Positions 40,224 to 48,514 of a stretch of DNA of 64,000 nucleotides are shown here, in pieces (the stretch's first letter is position 1; the number at the start of each line of letters is the position of its first letter). This DNA is from Clostridia bacterium (GTDB lineage Bacteria; Bacillota; Clostridia; Christensenellales; DTU072), in NCBI GenBank assembly GCA_035381305.1, contig DAOSYK010000005.1:9534-73533 (forward strand), in the 5' to 3' direction. The notes below the pieces were generated by a model, which saw only the letters and a program-made list of their open reading frames with translations, was not told the DNA's origin and ran no database searches. Made by a program: the position numbers and the translations under genes.

Positions 40224-41876
40224 ATGAACAAAGCGAGAAGAAAATACAATCGTTATCGCGCCTTGAAAACAATCTGTTATCTCTTGGGATTCCCACTTTT
40301 CTTCTTACTGGTATATTTCGGCAGTACAAGCATGATTTACAATGAGGCTTTTACCGACACTTGGTATTACGGTCTTGTTGCGGTGGTCGGTTTGTGGCTG
40401 GTGGTATCCATTCTGCAGGTTCTGTTTGCTCTTATTTGCAGGAGCAAGAACGGCAGAGCCATGTTCGGCATGATTATTACCCTTGTGGTTATGATCGGCG
40501 GAGCCGTGGCGTTCGATATCTTTGCCGAAAAACAGTTTGAAAAAATCGCCGAAGAGAACGAAGTTTACGGCATAACGATGAAGGACTACAAGTATCAGAT
40601 AAACTATTATCAGACGCTTACCACCGACAAGAAGAGCCTTACCGACTCATATGTCGAAGATGTGGAGAGATTCTGCAGAGTTTATAACATTAACGTCAAG
40701 GGCAAGTGCTTCAGCGACGATTACAACATGGACGGTTCTTTGCCCGAATATGACAAGGACAGAGACGCGTACTTCAGCCCCAACGGCATGTACGCTGACG
40801 GCTATATATTCAGCATGAATGAGGCAATCAACATACTGATTACCTACTACGAAACGCAGGAATATTACGCCGACCTCGGAAAGAACGCCGACGAAGAGCT
40901 TGACAACGCCATCGCCGCCGCGAGAACTTCTTCCGCTTATCTGCAGTACAAGCAGACCGACGAATACAAGAAGGCGTACAACACCACCGACGGCACGGCA
41001 TACGACCATATGCTTACGCTTGACCAGGTGGACGCCATACTTTCGGAGCTTGGCGATGCAGTGTCAAAGGGACTTATCAAGTTTTCGGCTTTCCTCGTCT
41101 TCCTTCCCTCGGAGATAACCGACCTTCTCGGCATCGTTAACGGACAACTCTCCATCGATGTGCTCGTTGACACCATCAACGGCTTAAAACTCGGCGACGT
41201 TATACCTTTGCTCGGATTTGAGGAAGAGATAATGGACGTGCTTTATGAGGCGCTCCTCCCCATATTGAGATATGCCTCCCTTCCGTCCACCACCCTTCAG
41301 TTCGACTCTGTCGCCAACTTCGAGACCAGTCTTCTCAATATCACTGTTAAGGATCTCCTTACAAGCCTTGACTTCGATAAGGTAAACGAGACGGTATCGC
41401 AGTTCGGCCTCGACCTTTCCGACTTTGAAGGACTCTTTGACAACGGTCTTACCCGCGGATTCATCGAGCAGATAATAAACGAAATTTCTTTGACCAGCAA
41501 TCTCTTCTTCTATCAGTCGCCCACCGTCAAACCGGTGTTCGAATTTGTGGAAAACGAGATGCTGAGAGAGTATGCCTACGCCAAGTACTATGCGACCGTT
41601 CACGGCGCAAACGTGGGCAGCGTGCTTATCGGCAACAACATCGGAGCCGTCACCTTCTCGACCAGCGGCTATCCCGCAAGCCACGGCTTCACCCTTCAGG
41701 AGTTATACCAGTTAAGAGCTGATAATTCCTACATTCCCAAGGCATATCCGTTGTTCGCGGTGAGAAGATATATGTATGCCATGGGCGGAATAATGATTTT
41801 CCTCGTTGCGCTTTACTATCACAACGCCCGCAAACAGGACGAAGCATTTATGGAACTGACGGGAGGAAGACGCTGA
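40224..41876 (+). CDS. large membrane protein, paralog 1 (3 N-terminal TM, about 400-aa outside domain, C-terminal TM), function unknown
   Basis: 550 aa. N-terminal LKTICYLLGFPLFFLLVYF plus two more TMs, a D/E/Y/N-rich soluble domain, and the C-terminal TM YAMGGIMIFLVALYY. Confidence 0.8.
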   Translation: MNKARRKYNRYRALKTICYLLGFPLFFLLVYFGSTSMIYNEAFTDTWYYGLVAVVGLWLVVSILQVLFALICRSKNGRAMFGMIITLVVMIGGAVAFDIFAEKQFEKIAEENEVYGITMKDYKYQINYYQTLTTDKKSLTDSYVEDVERFCRVYNINVKGKCFSDDYNMDGSLPEYDKDRDAYFSPNGMYADGYIFSMNEAINILITYYETQEYYADLGKNADEELDNAIAAARTSSAYLQYKQTDEYKKAYNTTDGTAYDHMLTLDQVDAILSELGDAVSKGLIKFSAFLVFLPSEITDLLGIVNGQLSIDVLVDTINGLKLGDVIPLLGFEEEIMDVLYEALLPILRYASLPSTTLQFDSVANFETSLLNITVKDLLTSLDFDKVNETVSQFGLDLSDFEGLFDNGLTRGFIEQIINEISLTSNLFFYQSPTVKPVFEFVENEMLREYAYAKYYATVHGANVGSVLIGNNIGAVTFSTSGYPASHGFTLQELYQLRADNSYIPKAYPLFAVRRYMYAMGGIMIFLVALYYHNARKQDEAFMELTGGRR

Positions 41877-41877
41877 T

Positions 41878-43182
41878 ATGAAAAAGTTATTGATAGTGAT
41901 TTTACATCTTCTGGGATTTCCCGCGCTGTTGGGTCTCGTCATCTACAACAGCATTGAAATGATACAGGGCGGACTCAGCTACGGCGTGTTCGTATTTGTG
42001 GGAATCATTCTCACGGCGGTTTTCGCGCTCATCTATTTCCTTGTAATAGGACTTATGGCAAAGAGCGCAAAGAAGAAAAACAAGAAAAACCTCTACCGCC
42101 AGACCTTTGTCGCTATGATACTCAGCCTTTGCATGCTGGGCGGACTCTGGGTGGGACTTGACGTGTTCATTCCCGACTTTCTGAAGGACGCTACGAGCAG
42201 CACGATATTCTATGAGGACCTTGCCGACAATTATTACGCAAGAAGCGTAGTCAATAAAGAACTCCTCGACGAGTATATCAGAAGAAACGTCGAAAACGGC
42301 AACCTCACGACCTTAAGCGTTGAAGAGTACCAGGCCGAGGGCGTAAAGAACGAAGAAGTCGCAAACCTTATAAGTGTGCACTTTGCGAGCATCGACAAGG
42401 ACGGCTATGCCACCTTCAAGGGTCCCAACATCGACCTCGCGCTCGGTGACAGAATGACCATCGCCGTGCTTGTGCATCTCCTTCTCGATACCCGCAAGAT
42501 ACCCGATCAGGAGTACTATCTCTACAACAGTAAGACCGACAAGGTGGAGACCGACCCCGTACAGTGGAACGTTCTCGACATGCTCGGAACGCCCATGGAC
42601 CTTGCCGACGTCGACATCTTCGGTGACGAAGGCTATGAAGATTTCATAGCCGGCCTTGGCAGCACCGGCGCCGCGATTAAGATGCTTGTTCCAAACGGCG
42701 CCGCGTTCAGGAAACTGATTTCGGACGTTGCAAACAACATCGTGCCCGTTGCGACGGAGGGCATCACCGGCTCGCCCATTTTCCTGGGGATTGACGGAGT
42801 GACCTTACAGCTTGTGCCTTCCAACGAGTCGCGCGGCGTGCTCGACTACCAAAGCATGGGCTGGCTCAACTCCAACGGTCTTATCTATGCGATAGTTATG
42901 CTGTTCTCGACGAGGAAGTTCTTCCTTATCTGGGCGGGAGTCATGGTCATGACCAACTTCATGATCGGTCTCTTACGCGGGATGGGCAAAGAGCTAAAGG
43001 AAAAGGAAATGAGGGCAAAGAGACCCCAAGGTCCTGTGCCCGCTTCTCCCCAGATGGGCGGATATCCCGCATATCCTTCCTACCCCGGAAATTACGGCAA
43101 CTACGTCTATGGCAGCGTTGCGCCCCGACCGGGCAACTATGATGCGGCGGTGAGAAGATACGATATGAGTTCTTTCCGCTAA
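41878..43182 (+). CDS. large membrane protein, paralog 2, with P/Y/G-rich C-terminal tail
   Basis: Starts 1 nt after the upstream stop. Same layout (LLIVILHLLGFPALLGLVIY plus 2 TMs, soluble domain, C-terminal TMs). Tail PQMGGYPAYPSYPGNYGNYVYGSVAPRPGNYD. Confidence 0.8.
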   Translation: MKKLLIVILHLLGFPALLGLVIYNSIEMIQGGLSYGVFVFVGIILTAVFALIYFLVIGLMAKSAKKKNKKNLYRQTFVAMILSLCMLGGLWVGLDVFIPDFLKDATSSTIFYEDLADNYYARSVVNKELLDEYIRRNVENGNLTTLSVEEYQAEGVKNEEVANLISVHFASIDKDGYATFKGPNIDLALGDRMTIAVLVHLLLDTRKIPDQEYYLYNSKTDKVETDPVQWNVLDMLGTPMDLADVDIFGDEGYEDFIAGLGSTGAAIKMLVPNGAAFRKLISDVANNIVPVATEGITGSPIFLGIDGVTLQLVPSNESRGVLDYQSMGWLNSNGLIYAIVMLFSTRKFFLIWAGVMVMTNFMIGLLRGMGKELKEKEMRAKRPQGPVPASPQMGGYPAYPSYPGNYGNYVYGSVAPRPGNYDAAVRRYDMSSFR

Positions 43183-43207
43183 GCCTTACGGCAACTTAAA
43201 ATCAAAG

Positions 43208-43237
43208 GGTGTTTTGCATAAAAACACCCTTTTTTTG
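43208..43237 (+). terminator. rho-independent terminator
   Basis: gggtgtttt / aaaacaccc 9-bp stem, 5-nt loop, seven T (43231-43237). Confidence 0.8.
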
Positions 43238-43261
43238 TATTTTGCGCCGATATACCGTTCA

Positions 43262-43290
43262 TTGACATTGAACGGTATATATATTATAAT
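43262..43290 (+). promoter_or_regulatory. sigma-A promoter for the protease-lipoprotein-GH20 unit
   Basis: TTGACA (43262-43267), 17-nt spacer, TATAAT (43285-43290). Confidence 0.55.
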
Positions 43291-43314
43291 TAAAACACGT
43301 AAAAGAAGAGGAAA

Positions 43315-46275
43315 ATGCTTAAAACAACACAAAAAAAACGCATTTTAATATTCCTTGTCTTTATCCTGGCGGCGGTTTGTCTGGCAGGCGTTTTGTCACG
43401 TCCCTCTTCCGGAAAAACCGTAGGTCCCTCGGCAGTCGACTATCAGAGGCTCGACCTTGAAAGCCCCAAAGAGGACATTTCTTTTGTTTCTTCCGTAAAT
43501 TCGGCGGCCCGGAACGCGGCCGTTCAGGACGAATTGCACCTTGCAAACGTCGTAATTTTCATTTATTTCAAGAACGAGTCGGCTCCCACTATAAATCAGT
43601 CGGTAATATCCAAGTTTACAGGAGAGGAGAATTCCCTTTACGACTATTATTATGACATCAGCTACGGCAAGATACTTATTACCACCTATTATGCTTCGGG
43701 CGGAGAGGGGATAAACACCGTATACTATGCTTATCAGGCTCCGCAGAACAGGAGCTATTATGAAAACATAAAATCGGGAAATTCTTCCCGTAGCCGCGTC
43801 GAGAGAGAACTGTTGGTGGGCGCGATAAACCATTTTGACGAGCGAATGAACTATGAGGGCGTAAACCTCGACCAGAACTCCGACGGATACGTCGATAATA
43901 TAAGTTTTATCGTCAGCGGCAATTATGTCAACAGCTCGGCAAACTGGGGCGGGCTGATGTGGCCGCACTCCCTGACCATGACTGCGCTCAACAACTCGAC
44001 CAAGAACCCCAATGTCACCATTCAGGGCAAAATCGTCGACTACTATACCTTCAATTTCCTCGGAAGGCTCACTACGGGCTTATTATGCCACGAGTTTTCT
44101 CACATATTGGGTACGCCCGACCTCTACCACTACGATTATGACAGAGATTACCTGCCGGTAGGGTACTGGGACCTCATGCATTTCGAGTGCGACACACCCC
44201 AGTATATGACTACCTGGATGAGATACAAATACCTCGGCTCCAACAGCTTGGCGTTGAGCAGCCTTATTGCGGGCAAGATTTCGCAAATAACGTCTTCGGG
44301 AGAGTTTGCGCTTAAGCCTACGACCACGATAGGCGTTGAGAGCGGGGATATTCTCGCATACAAAATCGAAGTCAACGAAGACGAGAGTATATGGATAGAG
44401 TACCGGAATAAAAACTCGGGTGATTATGATAGCGAGCTTCCCGGCTCGGGACTGGTCGTATACCGCGTAAACACAAAAGCGACCAACGGCAACCAGAACG
44501 CCAAGAACAGAAATGCCGCATACCCCGAGGAGCTTTACGTATTCCGTCCCAATTTCAGCACAATTTCCGATCGCAATTCCCGCGAGCAGGAAAACCTCAG
44601 ATACGCACATCTTAGCGCGTCAAACGCGAAGTTCTCAACGCTCGGAAAGAGCAACACAACGTCATATTATGACAGTCAGTGCGTTTATCTCTCCGACGGG
44701 ACAAACACAGGCATTATCATAACGCCCAAAACTCAGAGCGACGGAGAAATTACTTTTGACGTGACCATTCCGCCGTCCCTTGCCAGCGCAAACCAGGTGG
44801 ATAAGGTGGAAGTGCTGGACAAAGTCAAGTACGACACTCATGGTATAAAGGACTCCAATATAACAATAGGATACAGCAATAACCTCTTGACAACTCTCGC
44901 CAATTCCGTAAAGGTGATAATAACCTATAAGGACGGAAGCTCCACAATAGCGACGATGAGCAACGTCAGCTTTGTCTTTGACACGGGCAAGATAGGCTTT
45001 TCTCAGCAGGCGACGGCGAGATATTCCGACGCGTACAATACCAACATCGTCGGCTACTTCAATCTTACTATCCGTGACGGGGCGTTTACCGCGTCCGTTC
45101 TCAATTATCCCACCAGGCAGACATACAACCTGGGCAGCGAACTTGACCTTACGGGGCTGACGCTTCTTATCACGTACTCCAGCGGAACAGCTTCGCAGGT
45201 GAGATACGTCGACGCGCCGCAGAGGTTTACCTGGGTGGGCTTTGACGGTACCACGGGCGGACAGTACAGGGTGGAAGTGACTTATACCGATGAGCTCGGA
45301 AACAGAGACACGGTCATTTTATCGCTCACGGTTGTCGCCAACATAGTCAGCATAGAGATAAACACGCGAAACAGCGAACAGCTGATTTCCTTCCCGCAAG
45401 GTACCGGCTATGAGACGATTAAGTCGGCGCTTGTTGAGCATATCGAGGTGGTAGGGACACAGGAAGACGGGCTCACAACGGTCCTGCCTTCGGCGGCGTA
45501 TGAGATCAAGGACTTTACTTATGACGGGCTAGGCTCGTCCTACAACATTGTCGTCCTTCTTTTGCCCGATAAGACCATTGAGAGCGAACCGTTCAGAATA
45601 AACCTTGTGGACGCAACGCACGTGAGGGGCGTAACGCTCAGCATTCTGCCCAAACTCGACTACAGATACGGCGAGAGTCTTAACCTTTCGGCGGGAATGC
45701 TTACGATAGTCACCGACAACGGGTCTTTTAATATCTTGTTGGAAGGGTATTATAACAAGTATGACGAACTGTACGATTGCACAAGGTCTGGCAGGCAGTC
45801 GCTGACCGTGAGAATTTACGGCTACGACATCACAATAACGGTAATCGTGGGCAACGAAACCGAACAGCTTATGACCGTAAATGCAGATAATATATATATG
45901 AAGACAGGCGCGAAGAATAGTTTGCGGGTTGACGGCAGCATGACGATAGGCGCACTTGTCGCAAAGCTTGCCAGCGTGTTTACAGTTAAGCTGTTCTACA
46001 ACAATATGTATATAAACCTCAACGCATATAAGGATATGCTCGTCTCCGACAAGGTAAGCGTCCACTTGTTTAACGACAACAATAAGCCGGTGGCGGCGTT
46101 TGGTGTAAGCGTGCTCGGCGACACCAATTCCGACGGGGTGCTGGACGAAAACGACATCGACGCGCTTGCTTCGGCGCTTGTAAAGTCAAAATACAAAAAC
46201 GACAGCTTCGACGTCAACCTGGACGGAGTTTACGACATAGTCGACCTTGTGCTGCTGTTAGAGAGGATAAGATGA
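43315..46275 (+). CDS. secreted M6-type (InhA-like) metalloprotease with Ig-like repeats and C-terminal dockerin
   Basis: Signal/anchor ILIFLVFILAAVCLAGV. Zinc motif HEFSHILGTPDLYHYD (HEFSH at 44089-44103). About four 85-90-aa Ig-like repeats (e.g. LTGLTLLITYSSGTASQV..YRVEVTYTD). Dockerin with two Ca loops, DTNSDGVLDEND and DVNLDGVYDIVD (46117-46272). Confidence 0.8.
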   Translation: MLKTTQKKRILIFLVFILAAVCLAGVLSRPSSGKTVGPSAVDYQRLDLESPKEDISFVSSVNSAARNAAVQDELHLANVVIFIYFKNESAPTINQSVISKFTGEENSLYDYYYDISYGKILITTYYASGGEGINTVYYAYQAPQNRSYYENIKSGNSSRSRVERELLVGAINHFDERMNYEGVNLDQNSDGYVDNISFIVSGNYVNSSANWGGLMWPHSLTMTALNNSTKNPNVTIQGKIVDYYTFNFLGRLTTGLLCHEFSHILGTPDLYHYDYDRDYLPVGYWDLMHFECDTPQYMTTWMRYKYLGSNSLALSSLIAGKISQITSSGEFALKPTTTIGVESGDILAYKIEVNEDESIWIEYRNKNSGDYDSELPGSGLVVYRVNTKATNGNQNAKNRNAAYPEELYVFRPNFSTISDRNSREQENLRYAHLSASNAKFSTLGKSNTTSYYDSQCVYLSDGTNTGIIITPKTQSDGEITFDVTIPPSLASANQVDKVEVLDKVKYDTHGIKDSNITIGYSNNLLTTLANSVKVIITYKDGSSTIATMSNVSFVFDTGKIGFSQQATARYSDAYNTNIVGYFNLTIRDGAFTASVLNYPTRQTYNLGSELDLTGLTLLITYSSGTASQVRYVDAPQRFTWVGFDGTTGGQYRVEVTYTDELGNRDTVILSLTVVANIVSIEINTRNSEQLISFPQGTGYETIKSALVEHIEVVGTQEDGLTTVLPSAAYEIKDFTYDGLGSSYNIVVLLLPDKTIESEPFRINLVDATHVRGVTLSILPKLDYRYGESLNLSAGMLTIVTDNGSFNILLEGYYNKYDELYDCTRSGRQSLTVRIYGYDITITVIVGNETEQLMTVNADNIYMKTGAKNSLRVDGSMTIGALVAKLASVFTVKLFYNNMYINLNAYKDMLVSDKVSVHLFNDNNKPVAAFGVSVLGDTNSDGVLDENDIDALASALVKSKYKNDSFDVNLDGVYDIVDLVLLLERIR

Positions 46276-47003
46276 GAAAAAAGACCATTGTTTTTGTATT
46301 GCTCATCTGCCTTGTGACGCTGACGATTGCGGGCTGTAGCGAGAGGAAAAACACAATCGAGAGTATCTCGATTAAGCCCAATGCCTTCAAAGCGGTATAT
46401 GAGGTTGACGAAAAACTCAATTTTGACAACATCTATATTACCGTCACCTATAAAAGCGGCGATACCGAAAGCGTTAAGTGCGAATACGGCATGGTGATGG
46501 GGTTTGACACTCTTACAACCGGCACCAAAGAACTCTATGTAGAATATAAAGGTGTACAGAGCGAGAAAGTCAGCTATGACGTGGTTTACTCGGTCGACAA
46601 CACCAAGGAGATCAAGACCACGGCGAGGCTGGAGTATGCGCGCAGTGAGAACAACGATATCGTGCACTATTCCATAAACTATTATTGCGGCGATCTCATA
46701 AACGTCAACGCCATACTATTCACGCTGTACGGCGAACAGTCCCTAAACATCGAGAGCGACCTAAGCAACGTCAGCTTTGACCTTATCACGGGCTGGGGTT
46801 ATTATGCCGAATCTTTTTCGGAGCAGGCGTTGCGCGTGGTGTTGTATAATAAGGATAACGCCAAAGGCATTGACACCAACACGAACTTTGTCATTAACAT
46901 CAATCAGGGCGGGGCGACGGGCGTTGCCAGCCTCAAGGATATCGAAGTCTCAACGGGAGGGACTTCGGCGACGAAATATTACATTCCCGATTATGTGAGG
47001 TGA
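46272..47003 (+). CDS. lipoprotein with Ig-like domain and cohesin-like C-terminal domain (tentative)
   Basis: ATGA overlap with the protease stop. Lipobox LTIAGC (Cys22, 46335-46337). Ig-like segment ISIKPNAFKAVYEVDEKLNFDNIYITVTYKSGDTESV. About 145-aa beta-rich C-terminal domain (46569-47000). Confidence 0.7.
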   Translation: MRKKTIVFVLLICLVTLTIAGCSERKNTIESISIKPNAFKAVYEVDEKLNFDNIYITVTYKSGDTESVKCEYGMVMGFDTLTTGTKELYVEYKGVQSEKVSYDVVYSVDNTKEIKTTARLEYARSENNDIVHYSINYYCGDLINVNAILFTLYGEQSLNIESDLSNVSFDLITGWGYYAESFSEQALRVVLYNKDNAKGIDTNTNFVININQGGATGVASLKDIEVSTGGTSATKYYIPDYVR

Positions 47004-47007
47004 AATC

Positions 47008-48453
47008 ATGTTGAAACTCATTCCTCAGCCTGAATTTATCGAGTATAAAGAAGGTCTGTCGAGCAATTCGGTAAGCTATAAGGAAGACAAGACTCTTCCC
47101 GCCGAAGGCTATACGATAAATGCAAACGCCGACGGCATAGCGATAGGATACGGCGGAGAAGCAGGTAAATTTTACGCACAGAAGACGCTGGAGCAAATTT
47201 TACGTCAATCGCAGTTTGGGATACCTCAAATGACCATTAAGGATACCCCAAAGTACAATTACCGCGGTTTTATGCTGGACTGTGCAAGACACTTTTTCGA
47301 TCTAGACGAAATAAAGAGACTGCTCGATATTATCGCGGGGCTGAAACTCAACAAGTTCCACTGGCACCTTACCGACGACCAGGGCTGGCGCGTGGAGATA
47401 AAGAAATACCCACGCCTTACCGAGGTCGGAAGCAGAAGGAGCGCAACCCGCGGCGACGGCAGGGAAGTAAAAGGGTTTTACTCTCAGGAGCAGATAAAAG
47501 AGATCGTAAGGTACGCCGCCGACAGGTTTATCGAGGTCATTCCCGAAGTCGATATGCCCGGGCATTTCACGGCGGCAATTGCGAGCTATTCGTATCTTGG
47601 GTGCGAGAATAAGGAAATAAGAGTTAGCGAAAGTTTCGGCATTCACGCCGATATAGCGTGTGCGGGGAAGGAAGCGACTTACGAATTCTGCAAAGACGTG
47701 CTTAAGGAAGTATTCGATCTGTTCCCGAGTAAGTTTATTCACCTCGGCGGCGACGAGGCGTTAAAGATGAAGTGGATAAACTGTCCCGACTGCCAGCAGA
47801 AGATGAAAGAGAACAACCTCAAAAACGAAGAAGAACTCCAGGGATACTTTATGAACAGGATGACCGAGTTTGCCAAGGAAAACGGCAAGACCGTCATTAA
47901 CTGGAACGACGGGCTTATCGGCGGGAATATGGATGAGAGTGTGATACTTCAATATTGGAAGGAGAGTAAACTCGGCAAGGAGATACTCTTCCGCGAGGCG
48001 TCAAACGGCAGAAAGATAATTATGAGTCCGTTTTATGCCTATTATATGGACTATCCTTACGGCATGACCGGCCTGAAAAAGACTTATAACTATGAAGTGG
48101 CAAAGGAGTTTGAAAAGGGCGTAATAGGACTTGAAGCGCCCCTTTGGGCGGAGTATGTCGCCGACAATGAAAAACTTCACTATATGATTTTTCCGCGCCT
48201 TATCGCAGTCGCCGAAAGGGCGTGGAGCAAAGAAAACCGCTATTCCGACTTTATCGGGAGGCTGGAGGAATACTACAACTACCTCGACACAATCAACATA
48301 AACTACGCAAAAGACTATAATCCCAACATATTTAAGGGGCTTTGGGCGGTAATTAAGTTTTTCGCCAACGTCAACGATAAGGAAAACCGCAAAAACTTCA
48401 AGCTCCTTATCCTCAACAAAAAAGCCGTCAGAAAAAAATACGGCAGAAAATAA
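47008..48453 (+). CDS. GH20 beta-N-acetylhexosaminidase
   Basis: RGFMLDCARHF, NKFHWHLTDDQGWRVEIKKYPRLTEVG, and the catalytic region IHLGGDEA. Confidence 0.9.
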   Translation: MLKLIPQPEFIEYKEGLSSNSVSYKEDKTLPAEGYTINANADGIAIGYGGEAGKFYAQKTLEQILRQSQFGIPQMTIKDTPKYNYRGFMLDCARHFFDLDEIKRLLDIIAGLKLNKFHWHLTDDQGWRVEIKKYPRLTEVGSRRSATRGDGREVKGFYSQEQIKEIVRYAADRFIEVIPEVDMPGHFTAAIASYSYLGCENKEIRVSESFGIHADIACAGKEATYEFCKDVLKEVFDLFPSKFIHLGGDEALKMKWINCPDCQQKMKENNLKNEEELQGYFMNRMTEFAKENGKTVINWNDGLIGGNMDESVILQYWKESKLGKEILFREASNGRKIIMSPFYAYYMDYPYGMTGLKKTYNYEVAKEFEKGVIGLEAPLWAEYVADNEKLHYMIFPRLIAVAERAWSKENRYSDFIGRLEEYYNYLDTININYAKDYNPNIFKGLWAVIKFFANVNDKENRKNFKLLILNKKAVRKKYGRK

Positions 48454-48455
48454 AG

Positions 48456-48484
48456 TTGAATAACGTAAAAGTCTTTGCTATAAT
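48456..48484 (+). promoter_or_regulatory. candidate internal sigma-A promoter
   Basis: TTGAAT (48456-48461), 17-nt spacer, TATAAT (48479-48484), directly after the GH20 stop. Confidence 0.45.
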
Positions 48485-48514
48485 GAATACTAATTTCACC
48501 TTTCGGACTGAGAT

